IMG/VR virus record: IMGVR_UViG_3300030099_006908
Location: 1-64,000 of that record
DNA from: a virus
Reading direction: 5' to 3' (one strand)
DNA length: 64,000 bases
In this document: positions 24,814-33,632 of the stretch, in pieces
How the letters are laid out: each line of letters begins with the position of its first letter
Position numbering within the stretch: the first letter of the stretch is position 1
Notes under the pieces: model-generated
Databases searched by the model: none
The model's input: only the letters and a program-made list of their open reading frames with translations
Told to the model about the DNA's origin: nothing
Program-made: the position numbers and the translations under genes

Positions 24814-25289
24814 AAGAACAAATTCCACAAAGCGGAAGCAGGGATGGCTTTTCTAACATAGTTGTTGTCGTCCCAGTCGACCCCCCCGACGTCCCAGTCG
24901 ACCCCCCCGACCGCCCGAAACCCACCAAAGTTATCTCGACTACTAAGCCTGATATAGAGGATTTGTGCTACCAATGGGAGACGCACCCTGATGACAAACC
25001 AGCCCGTGGTGTACGCTTTGGCGAGGGTCCACTAGAGTTAGGCGTAGAGCCGAAGGGCACGTGCGAATACATAGGAGCCGATGACCGAGATGAGCCGGTC
25101 CTAATTGCCCACCCAACGATTGATGATGCGCTTTCAGGCAGTTCCGACGATACTGGAGACCAATGTTGTTGCCATTGCCCGTGCTATACATTTGACTCTG
25201 ATTTAAGACCAGACCTTGGGCCTCCAGAGCTAGCATTAGTACATGCTCTACCGTATGAAATGGACGATTATCCAGGCAGAATTTTGTAA
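24810..25289 (+). CDS. Pro/Asp-rich hypothetical protein
   Basis: TTG start coupled to previous stop; CCCHCPC motif. Confidence 0.6.
   Translation: MKEQIPQSGSRDGFSNIVVVVPVDPPDVPVDPPDRPKPTKVISTTKPDIEDLCYQWETHPDDKPARGVRFGEGPLELGVEPKGTCEYIGADDRDEPVLIAHPTIDDALSGSSDDTGDQCCCHCPCYTFDSDLRPDLGPPELALVHALPYEMDDYPGRIL
24870..24911 (+). repeat. perfect 21-bp tandem duplication
   Basis: GTCCCAGTCGACCCCCCCGAC x2, encoding VPVDPPD x2. Confidence 0.95.
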
Positions 25290-25320
25290 GCGTCTCAGAT
25301 AGACTAAAAAAAACGAAAGG

Positions 25321-26412
25321 GTGAATATGGAATTTGATTTTGTCGGAGGAAAAATGGGGGGTTGTCTAAAATTTATGGGCACAGAACATGTAAGGTGCCC
25401 AGATAATTGTTCTCACACAGGAGAGGGACATCACATTTGTTTCGATAGGGATTGTGGCCTTAAATTATGGTTTTGGTACAAAATGAATTGGGACCAGCCA
25501 CTGGCGCAAGAAGGGCGCGGATATGCAACTGTTCATCCAGAAGTAGGAAGGTCGGGGGCTGAGGGCTTAGTAACAAAGGGGATGGTAATCCTTGGTGCAC
25601 CAACTGACACGAATGGTATAGTGCGTCCCGGTGACATGTTTAAAGGTCAGTATGGCTGGTTTTATTATAACTTTATACAAGCGTTGCCGCCGCGACCGGA
25701 GGACGCCCTGGAGACAGACGGTGATTACGGCTATGGCTTTGGGGCATCTTTTGGTGGTCCGCCTGGAGGAGTTTATGGAGTTCACGGAGGCGGAAGCGGG
25801 GCGCAAATTACACAAGCTCCTGGCCCTGACGAAGTGGATTATGACCCAGATGACCCAGACAGTGGATGGGTTTTTGTACACAGTACGATGTGCCCTGGAG
25901 TGGAAGAAGTCAATATTAATGGCGACACTGAGTTTGAACCAGGGATGATTACTGATTTCTATGGATACAAATCTGGTGGAGAAGTCAAAACAAAAACAAT
26001 ACGTCTTTTAAAGATTACCGGTCAAGACTTGGACTCTCCTAAATATTCTGATGTTCCTTTAAGGGTTGGCAGAAATGCTGTAGATTATGGCGCGGGACAG
26101 GTAGGAGGTTGCTCAGATTATATGAAACAAATAGGAACTTTGGGTTTTGGAGGCTCTCGATACGCAGGGGAGGAATTTCGTAGCGCTGTAACCAACCAAG
26201 TATGCCCGATTCAATCGGTGTATCTTCCGAGCAGAGCTCAACGAGGAATGCAGATGTATGGAAAACAATTTCTTCCCGTCGAGTTAGGTTACCCGTCATT
26301 CAAGGGGTGGTTAATAGACAATCTTGGTTTTAGCAAAGACCTAAATGACGAAAGCACAAGCGCAGAAGTTTTATTTGCTGACTATGCTGGCAAACCATGC
26401 GTAGGAGATTGA
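25321..26412 (+). CDS. Gly-rich hypothetical protein (possibly virion-associated)
   Basis: 363-aa ORF. Confidence 0.7.
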   Translation: MNMEFDFVGGKMGGCLKFMGTEHVRCPDNCSHTGEGHHICFDRDCGLKLWFWYKMNWDQPLAQEGRGYATVHPEVGRSGAEGLVTKGMVILGAPTDTNGIVRPGDMFKGQYGWFYYNFIQALPPRPEDALETDGDYGYGFGASFGGPPGGVYGVHGGGSGAQITQAPGPDEVDYDPDDPDSGWVFVHSTMCPGVEEVNINGDTEFEPGMITDFYGYKSGGEVKTKTIRLLKITGQDLDSPKYSDVPLRVGRNAVDYGAGQVGGCSDYMKQIGTLGFGGSRYAGEEFRSAVTNQVCPIQSVYLPSRAQRGMQMYGKQFLPVELGYPSFKGWLIDNLGFSKDLNDESTSAEVLFADYAGKPCVGD

Positions 26413-26436
26413 CAAAAAACTCTTATTGGATATAAC
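26409..26436 (+). promoter_or_regulatory. sigma70-type promoter for ssb
   Basis: TTGACA-N16-TATAAC. Confidence 0.75.
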
Positions 26437-26477
26437 AATATGTACATTTTACACTTTTTAATTTGGAGATTTTAATT

Positions 26478-26891
26478 ATGGCTGTTAGTTTTAATAGAGT
26501 TATTTTGGCTGGAAATCTTACGCGAGACATTGAGCTGCGTGAGACTCCCGGCGGAGCATCAGTTGCTGATGCTGGTCTTGCCGTAAACGATAGGCGTAAG
26601 CAGGGGGATGACTGGGTTGACGAAACCTCGTTCATTGACCTCACCATTTGGGGTCGAACAGCAGAAAACGCTGCCGAATATTTGTCGAAAGGCTCTCCGA
26701 TTCTTATCGAGGGACGCCTAAAGCAGGATAGTTGGCAAAATGAGCAGGGTGAAAAGCGCACTAAGCTCAAGGTTGTTGTAGACCGCCTTCAGTTCCTTTC
26801 AAACGGAAACGGAGAAAAGACATCTCAGAAGAAGGAGCCTGTTGCGGCAGGTGTGTCTGAAGGAAAGGGCGATAGCGATATCCCATTTTAG
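26478..26891 (+). CDS. ssb: single-stranded DNA-binding protein
   Basis: [27 protein letters not shown]-terminal DSDIPF. Confidence 0.97.
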   Translation: MAVSFNRVILAGNLTRDIELRETPGGASVADAGLAVNDRRKQGDDWVDETSFIDLTIWGRTAENAAEYLSKGSPILIEGRLKQDSWQNEQGEKRTKLKVVVDRLQFLSNGNGEKTSQKKEPVAAGVSEGKGDSDIPF

Positions 26892-26898
26892 GTTTTGA

Positions 26899-27972
26899 AT
26901 GGAAATAAATCTAACCGCACCAATAAATGACTTAGGTTATGGTGTTGCTGGCCTAAATGTATTAAAGGGTCTGGTAAGGAACGGATGCAAAGTTTCTTAC
27001 TGGCCCATAGGTCAGGCTACCCCACGAACACAAGAAGATGCTGACATAGTAAGTCATTGCATGTCTAACGCACAATTTTTTGATAGACAAGCTCCTAGTC
27101 TGAGATTATGGCACCAACACGATATGTCTCATCATGTCGGCCATGGAATCAAGGTTGGCTTTCCGGTCTTTGAATTAGATAAATTTTCGGAGCTTGAAAA
27201 GCATCACCTTCAATCACTAGACAAAATAATTGTTTGTAGCGAATGGGCTAAAGGAATTGTAGAAAAAGAAGTTCCAGGCTCTTGCGTAGATGTCGCGCCT
27301 TTAGGTGTAGACCCCTCTATATTTAACGCACAAGAAACATTGCCTAGAAGCACAACCGTAATACTGAATATAGGAAAATGGGAAATACGAAAAGGCCACG
27401 ATATACTGTGGCAGGCTTTTAACGAGGCGTTTGATGAAAATGACGACGTTGAGCTTTGGATGATGAACCACAATCCCTTCCTTGATGAATCGCAAGAGTC
27501 AGAGTGGCACAACCTGTATCTGCAATCTAAGCTAGGCTCTAAAATAAAAATAATTCCCAGAGTAGAAACACATCTTGAGGTTGCCCAAATAATGCGTCAG
27601 GCTGATGTTGGCGTTTTCCCATCTAGAGCAGAGGGGTGGAATCTTGAGGCCTTAGAAATGATGGCTATGGGCAAGTATGTAATACTTACAGACTACTCTG
27701 CGCATACCGAGTTTGCAAGTCAAATCAATTCCAAACTAATTAAAATTGATGAAACTGAAGAGGCTTATGACGGCATATGGTTTCATGGACAGGGAGAATG
27801 GGCTTGCTTTGGCGATAGCCAAATGCAACAATTAATATCACACATGAAAACCCTTTATGAACTAAATCAAACAGATAACGGCAAAAATAAAAACGAAAGA
27901 GGGATTATCACAGGCAAAAAATTTAGCTGGGATAATTGCGCACAAAAAATAATGGAGTCTCTGTCTTGCTAG
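26899..27972 (+). CDS. GT4 (GT-B) glycosyltransferase
   Basis: RKG.D.L, FPSRAEGWNLEALEMMAMG. Confidence 0.9.
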   Translation: MEINLTAPINDLGYGVAGLNVLKGLVRNGCKVSYWPIGQATPRTQEDADIVSHCMSNAQFFDRQAPSLRLWHQHDMSHHVGHGIKVGFPVFELDKFSELEKHHLQSLDKIIVCSEWAKGIVEKEVPGSCVDVAPLGVDPSIFNAQETLPRSTTVILNIGKWEIRKGHDILWQAFNEAFDENDDVELWMMNHNPFLDESQESEWHNLYLQSKLGSKIKIIPRVETHLEVAQIMRQADVGVFPSRAEGWNLEALEMMAMGKYVILTDYSAHTEFASQINSKLIKIDETEEAYDGIWFHGQGEWACFGDSQMQQLISHMKTLYELNQTDNGKNKNERGIITGKKFSWDNCAQKIMESLSC

Positions 27973-28964
27973 ATGTATCTGACATAATAACGTGCAAGTC
28001 ATATCAGCCTTTGTGTGATTATCTGTATGACTATCCAAACCTAGACGACATACCCCCCACAGGGCTTGTTCACGTTCCTCTCGACCACATAGAACAATTC
28101 TTTAAAAGAATAGACAGCAACGGACACAGGTATGTTGTTGTTAGCTCATGCTCAGATTATGGCTTAGCAATCCAGAATGAACACGCTCCATGGAAGGATA
28201 TGGTCAAGTGGATTAATATGCAAGTTGGTCCATCCATGGGGTATCAAGGCATAAGGATACCAGCAAGACTAGACCAGCAAAAGTGCAATATAAACGACAC
28301 ATACTCTGTTAAGATGCACTCCTGGACAAATGCAACATTCCCTAAAATACCAGACAATGTTCATCATTGGTTTCTTTCTAATCTAATGTTTGTTCCCGAT
28401 GCCGAACAATATAATTTTCTTTACGAATCAAATACACATGAAAAAATTACCGCCATTCCTTTCGGTATAGCAGAGGGAAAAGCATCGGAATTGCACGAAG
28501 CAATCAAATCAAAGCGACCCGCAAGCGAAAGAGAAAACAAGATATACATTAGCTGGAATGACACAACCTTAGAGAGATATCAAATCAGGAGAGAGCTTAT
28601 GGAATGGCAGGCATACTCAGGGGAAAAGTGCCTGACAGTCAATCTACCCGAGAATCAAGACAGCTACCAAGAATACCTAAAAAATCTTGCAAGACATAAG
28701 TATGTTCTTTCTCCCCCTGGAAACGGAGCAGATTGCTACAGAACTCTTGAATCAGTATATATGGGATGCATAGCCTGTGTTGAAGATACCCCAACTAATT
28801 ACCTGACAAAACTTCCCGTATTTAGATATACAAGCATTGAAGATATAATCTCCATGTATAATCATAATAAGATGGATGCACCTGAGCAATTCGACAACAA
28901 ACCAGAAATAAAACTTTCCTACTGGAAAGAACTCATTCATTCCAAAAGAAACGAGATGTTCTAG
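27966..28964 (+). CDS. exostosin/GT47-like glycosyltransferase
   Basis: Y...L...KYVLSPPGNG.DCYR..E....GC; start uncertain (27936 or 27966). Confidence 0.7.
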   Translation: MLDVSDIITCKSYQPLCDYLYDYPNLDDIPPTGLVHVPLDHIEQFFKRIDSNGHRYVVVSSCSDYGLAIQNEHAPWKDMVKWINMQVGPSMGYQGIRIPARLDQQKCNINDTYSVKMHSWTNATFPKIPDNVHHWFLSNLMFVPDAEQYNFLYESNTHEKITAIPFGIAEGKASELHEAIKSKRPASERENKIYISWNDTTLERYQIRRELMEWQAYSGEKCLTVNLPENQDSYQEYLKNLARHKYVLSPPGNGADCYRTLESVYMGCIACVEDTPTNYLTKLPVFRYTSIEDIISMYNHNKMDAPEQFDNKPEIKLSYWKELIHSKRNEMF

Positions 28965-29025
28965 AGTATTCTTTGGTGTATATATAGTAGTATATCATCA
29001 ACCCTCTTTTCTGAGGAGAATTTAA

Positions 29026-29718
29026 GTGTCTAAGAAAAAGAACACTAATGCTAACAATGGCACTCATCTCAAACAAAATCATCTATCAGCTAAAACACCA
29101 AATCAAAAAGACTACATTAAATCAGTAAAAGATAACCAAGTCGTAATCTGCTCTGGTCCAGCGGGTACGGGAAAAACCCACATAGCAACGTCTATGGCAA
29201 TCATGGGTTTAGTCAGAGAGGAGTATGAAAAGGTTATAATCACGAGACCAATGGTTCAGGCTGGAGAAGATACTGGGTATTTACCTGGAAACATAAGAGA
29301 AAAAACCGCACCCTACCTTAGACCTATATTTGATGAGCTTCTATGCTATATAAGCAACTCTGACATAATAACAATGATGAACTCGGGAGCAATAGAAATA
29401 TGCCCCCTAGCATATATGCGAGGCAGAAACTTCCACCACTGCTTTATAGTGGCCGATGAGTGTCAAAACGCATCAGAAAAACAGCTAATGATGCTATTGA
29501 CAAGGATAGGAAAAGGAAGTAAAATAGTTATGACTGGAGACGCTAGTCAGTCTGACTTGAATTATAGAAATCAAGGAGGTCTGAATGCCTGCATAAATGG
29601 GCTTCAAGCAGTTGAGGGGGTAGGGATTGTAAGCCTTAATACAGAAGATATAGTTAGAGAGCCAATCGTTGAAAGAATTGTCACGGCCATGGAAAAATAT
29701 AATTCAAGTTCCGATTGA
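29026..29718 (+). CDS. phoH: PhoH-family ATPase
   Basis: GPAGTGKT, GYLPG, YMRGRNF, DECQN, TRIG, GD..QSDL. Confidence 0.96.
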   Translation: MSKKKNTNANNGTHLKQNHLSAKTPNQKDYIKSVKDNQVVICSGPAGTGKTHIATSMAIMGLVREEYEKVIITRPMVQAGEDTGYLPGNIREKTAPYLRPIFDELLCYISNSDIITMMNSGAIEICPLAYMRGRNFHHCFIVADECQNASEKQLMMLLTRIGKGSKIVMTGDASQSDLNYRNQGGLNACINGLQAVEGVGIVSLNTEDIVREPIVERIVTAMEKYNSSSD

Positions 29719-29743
29719 CAAATGACGATAACTCTGATATAAT
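29715..29743 (+). promoter_or_regulatory. sigma70-type promoter with CGATAA spacer motif
   Basis: TTGACA-AATGACGATAACTCTGA-TATAAT. Confidence 0.85.
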
Positions 29744-29747
29744 AAAT

Positions 29748-29820
29748 CGCGGGTTGTGGTGTTGGTTCCACCACTGGTCTCATAAATCAGTCTACGCAGG
29801 TTCAATTCCTGTACCCGCAA
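29748..29820 (+). tRNA. tRNA-Met(CAU), initiator-like but atypical
   Basis: CGCGGGT/ACCCGCA+A with C1-A72 mismatch; loop CTCATAA; T-arm GCAGG-TTCAATT-CCTGT. Confidence 0.88.
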
Positions 29821-29854
29821 CTTTTATTCTTAATTTACTGAAGGAGCATTTATC

Positions 29855-30481
29855 GTGAGTATTGTTTTAAAAGACATTGATTTTAATAAGAGAAAGTCCA
29901 ACAATTATTCTGAAAACAAAACTAATATGTATAATCTTGACGAGTATAGGGATATAGCAAAAAAATGCATATCTATGTTTGCCGACAAAAACAGCGCATA
30001 CGGAATGATAAGAAATGAGGACGCAATATCGCATGTTGCAGAACACGTAATGTGGGGTCATATCAGATGGAAAGAAGATGGAGGAAGAACACTAAAGAGC
30101 TACCTGAATCAGTGCGCTATTTGGGCTATTCAATCTTGGAAAACCAAGCTTTATCAAAAAAGTAAAACAAACAATACCGTGTCTTTAAACAGCTCTGCAA
30201 CAAAAGATGAGTCCAAAGAGCTTCAAGTTCAAAATTTAATTTCTGACAAAAAAGCAAAAGAGCCATTTGAAATACTTTTCAATGACAAAGCGTTTGAAGC
30301 TAGAAGTATAATTAAAAGCAAATGCTTGACTTCGCTTCAACAAAAATGCCTTTACGGAAGATACATAGAGGGCAAAAAACTTAGAGAAATAGCGAAGGAG
30401 CTTAACGTCAGTAAACAAGCTATAAACCAAAACATAAAGAAGGCAATTAAAAAATTAAAGGAAAAAAATGAGCTTTGTTAA
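29855..30481 (+). CDS. sigma70-family RNA polymerase sigma factor 1
   Basis: Region-2-like SYLNQCAIWAI; region-4 HTH LREIAKELNVSKQAI.Q....AIKKL. Confidence 0.8.
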   Translation: MSIVLKDIDFNKRKSNNYSENKTNMYNLDEYRDIAKKCISMFADKNSAYGMIRNEDAISHVAEHVMWGHIRWKEDGGRTLKSYLNQCAIWAIQSWKTKLYQKSKTNNTVSLNSSATKDESKELQVQNLISDKKAKEPFEILFNDKAFEARSIIKSKCLTSLQQKCLYGRYIEGKKLREIAKELNVSKQAINQNIKKAIKKLKEKNELC

Positions 30482-30965
30482 GGATAAGATAAAAGGCGAA
30501 AACGCAGAGGATGCAGTTGTAAAGATTCTTTCGTGCCTTTGGGATGTACACAAAGCGTCAGACCTAAAGAGAGGAGCCTTTTCTGATTGGGATTTATCTG
30601 TCTCGAAGGAAGATACAGGACATGAAATTTGCACCATTGAGGTAAAATACGACGAGATGCAGTCTAAGACTGGAAATGTAGCGATAGAAATATATAATCC
30701 AAGGTCTGCAAAGCCAAGCGGTTTAAGTGCAACGAAGGCGAATCTTTGGTGCCATGTATTACAAGATTCCGTATGGATTACTAGCGTCGATAAATTGAAG
30801 AAGTTCTGCGAGGAAACGGTTCCCTTTAAATCATTTAATTCTGCTGGCGACGGAAACGCTTCCATACTTCTTTACAAAACAGATGATATACTAAAAATAT
30901 TCGAGAGGATTGACGAATGTCAACAGAAACAGTTGCACAACAAGATACATACGCTACTGACATAG
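30468..30965 (+). CDS. PD-(D/E)XK nuclease
   Basis: G...E, WDL, IEVKYD, TGNVAIE. Confidence 0.75.
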   Translation: MSFVKDKIKGENAEDAVVKILSCLWDVHKASDLKRGAFSDWDLSVSKEDTGHEICTIEVKYDEMQSKTGNVAIEIYNPRSAKPSGLSATKANLWCHVLQDSVWITSVDKLKKFCEETVPFKSFNSAGDGNASILLYKTDDILKIFERIDECQQKQLHNKIHTLLT

Positions 30966-31372
30966 TTGTTGTATTTTTATACTTTGATGAAGATAGCGAC
31001 ATGGAGATTGGCCTACTAACAGACGCATATTCAAATTATTCGCTTCCAGAACATAGATTAAAACACGGAGAAAATTCTTACGAGATTGTCAACAAGATAA
31101 TAGACCAACATCTACAACTCGACAGAGCTGGCAACAACATAAAGTCAAATTTTTCAATTACTACAGAGGCTGTTGTTGACGGATTGAATAGATATGCAGG
31201 AAATTACCCTCCCAGCATATCCTTAGTTTTTGTAGTAAAAAGCAATCATGGAAAGCAAAAAGCGGGGGAATTAAATTGGGTCGGAGCTGAAAAGCTACAC
31301 GATATAGTGCAATCAAGCAGTCTAATAAAAGACCACCAAGAGGTATTGAGTTTAATATTTCACGATGACTGA
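30917..31372 (+). CDS. degenerate NUDIX-like protein
   Basis: LP...L..GE.S pattern without a full Nudix box; DH..V end. Confidence 0.45.
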   Translation: MSTETVAQQDTYATDIVVVFLYFDEDSDMEIGLLTDAYSNYSLPEHRLKHGENSYEIVNKIIDQHLQLDRAGNNIKSNFSITTEAVVDGLNRYAGNYPPSISLVFVVKSNHGKQKAGELNWVGAEKLHDIVQSSSLIKDHQEVLSLIFHDD

Positions 31373-31766
31373 CGAAGAAAGAGAAAAAACCGAGATACAG
31401 AGAAATGCAGAAGCTATAAAAGAATACATGCAGCTTTTGGGATTTGATGAACGAGGCGAAACTAACTCTCGTCCAAAATTTACGCTTTCATTTTCTGTAG
31501 ACGAGCTAGGAACTGTTGATGTAGAAGTTATCTGGCCAGACGAAAAGAACGAAAAACATCTGGAGCTAATAAAAACTAGCGCTAACCTTTTGTATTCTAT
31601 AAACTCAGGTTCGTTAAAATCTTTAGTAGTGGAGGCCATACAAAACACAAAAAACCTGGACCCAGAATTGTTACAAGATGCGCAAAAACTTATAAAATAC
31701 TGGTCGATTGTTGAAAAGAAATACTCCTCAGAACCATGCGTAAAGCCTAGAGATACACTAACATAA
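31365..31766 (+). CDS. hypothetical protein
   Basis: Coupled ORF. Confidence 0.75.
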   Translation: MTDEEREKTEIQRNAEAIKEYMQLLGFDERGETNSRPKFTLSFSVDELGTVDVEVIWPDEKNEKHLELIKTSANLLYSINSGSLKSLVVEAIQNTKNLDPELLQDAQKLIKYWSIVEKKYSSEPCVKPRDTLT

Positions 31767-31866
31767 TCTTAGAAATCTTTAATGCTTGTGGTGTAATAAT
31801 ATTAGAGCTATCCGCTTTTGTCTCATCCAATACAAGCGTATACAAAAAACTCTAGAAAGAGCTAAA

Positions 31867-32421
31867 ATGGTAAGAAAAAAAATAGTTTGGGAGAAATGGA
31901 TTGACCCTCTAAATTCTAACATAGATGAGGTTGAATATCCTGGGCATAACGCGCCATCATACGAACAAGACAGTCCAATTGAATTTTTATCTACCGACCC
32001 AAACTTTGACGATAAATATGAAGAAAATTTGGAGTACGCAGAAGAACAGGAGCCTGGAAATCAAAAAAATATTACCTACAATCCAATAAGATTAGTCTCT
32101 ACGCCTCACGGATTTGTTAGCTTAACAGAACACTCTTTCGCCTCAAAGCATTTTGATTTTTGGACCATGCACTATAACAGAGACATAACACCTCAAATTG
32201 TATCTGCTATAGAGAAATGCGAAGGAGTTGAGACATTAAACACACTAACAAGATATAGAGTTAGGATTGGATTTAACAGGCCCCTGATACAGTCTGGGGC
32301 TTTTAAACTTAACACGATAAGAAAAAAAATTGAGGGGGCGGTATTCAAAATTTCTGAAAAGTCAATAAGGGAAAGCCCGCAAAGCATATTTAATAAACAA
32401 CAGAAAAATGACAGCGCCTAA
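31867..32421 (+). CDS. hypothetical protein
   Basis: WEKWIDP; GVE.L..LTRYR.RIG. Confidence 0.75.
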   Translation: MVRKKIVWEKWIDPLNSNIDEVEYPGHNAPSYEQDSPIEFLSTDPNFDDKYEENLEYAEEQEPGNQKNITYNPIRLVSTPHGFVSLTEHSFASKHFDFWTMHYNRDITPQIVSAIEKCEGVETLNTLTRYRVRIGFNRPLIQSGAFKLNTIRKKIEGAVFKISEKSIRESPQSIFNKQQKNDSA

Positions 32422-33091
32422 AAAAACAACAAGTGAACTGATACACGATGTTCACAATTTTAGCTTAAATATAGAAACAAGAGAAGTTTTTCTAAATAGT
32501 CATATTGCAGACTGTGAGGAAGAGGCTGGTGTAGATTGGCGTATGGCTACAAAGTTTAACAAAAACATTAGACTTTTAACATCTGGCTCACAAGCTACCC
32601 AACCAATACTCATCCATATGCATACAGTGGGAGGAAACTGGGAAGACGGACTTGCTATATATGACATAATTAATTCTTGCACTGATACACATATAACTAT
32701 AATTGCATACGCTCATGCTAGGTCGATGAGCAGCATTATCTTTCAGGCTGCTGATACTAGAATATTCATGCCAAACTCTATATGGCTAATGCACATGGGC
32801 GACATGGGGTTTGATGGTCAGGCTCAGTCATTTGAGGCAGAAGCAGAGTGGGCTAAAAAAGACCACGATAGAATGCTTGACATATACACTGAATCAGCGT
32901 ATGGTAGTGTAGCCTACAAAGGGAAAAGCAGAAAGCAAATTAAAAACTTTATAGATAGGGGGCTACGACTAAAGCAAGAGTGGTACATGTCTGCTAGGGA
33001 TGCAATAGAACATGGCTATGCAGACGCTATTTTTGGAGACCCTGGATATGAAAGTATGGACGCCATCAAAAAAATAGGAAAAGAAAGTTGA
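32408..33091 (+). CDS. clpP: ClpP-like protease
   Basis: HTVGG....GLAIYD, ARSMSS (Ser), LMHMG (His), Y.SA.DAI..G.AD. Confidence 0.85.
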   Translation: MTAPKKTTSELIHDVHNFSLNIETREVFLNSHIADCEEEAGVDWRMATKFNKNIRLLTSGSQATQPILIHMHTVGGNWEDGLAIYDIINSCTDTHITIIAYAHARSMSSIIFQAADTRIFMPNSIWLMHMGDMGFDGQAQSFEAEAEWAKKDHDRMLDIYTESAYGSVAYKGKSRKQIKNFIDRGLRLKQEWYMSARDAIEHGYADAIFGDPGYESMDAIKKIGKES

Positions 33092-33585
33092 AGCACGTAA
33101 CAGACGAAGAGTTTGAAAAGGCTTACAAAAATCCAGATAATAAAAACATAATTAGAACAGTAACTAAAAAGTATTCTAATAAACTTTCCGAGGATTGCCA
33201 AAAATCTTGTGGAATGCATGGTCTCTGGAGATGCATACAAAAGCACGATGATAAATATGGAAGAAAATTCACCACTAGTCTTTTTCTTCACGTTGACTGG
33301 GAGTGTAAAAGAGAGCTAGGAATATTAAATAGAAAATCCTTTTCTTCTTTCTTAGGCGAAAAAGATAATGAGGTGGCATCTCCCTCAGTAAGCGGTGACG
33401 CCATGGACATACTTGACACATTAACGGAAAATCAAAAAGAAATAATGTATCAAAGATTTTACGAGAACAGAACTTTGCAGGAAATAGGAGAAAAACAGGG
33501 CTATAGCAAGGAGGCCGCTAGACAAAATATCAACAAGATTATATCTAGGTTAAGAGAAAATATCTCTAAAGATTTTGGTGTATAG
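33088..33585 (+). CDS. sigma70-family RNA polymerase sigma factor 2
   Basis: GLW......D...G.KFTT region 2; TLQEIG...GYSKE.ARQ region 4. Confidence 0.8.
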   Translation: MKHVTDEEFEKAYKNPDNKNIIRTVTKKYSNKLSEDCQKSCGMHGLWRCIQKHDDKYGRKFTTSLFLHVDWECKRELGILNRKSFSSFLGEKDNEVASPSVSGDAMDILDTLTENQKEIMYQRFYENRTLQEIGEKQGYSKEAARQNINKIISRLRENISKDFGV

Positions 33586-33632
33586 TAGTCTGTAGCTGCA
33601 GTCATACGCTAAAATTAACAGGAGCCTTCAAA

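Noticed and set aside
25290-25320. Stop-codon reassignment or read-through joining 24810 and 25321
   Set aside because: The ORFs are in different frames. TAG, TGA and TAA all end conserved genes normally elsewhere (ssb, guaC, nrdJ), and no suppressor tRNA was seen.
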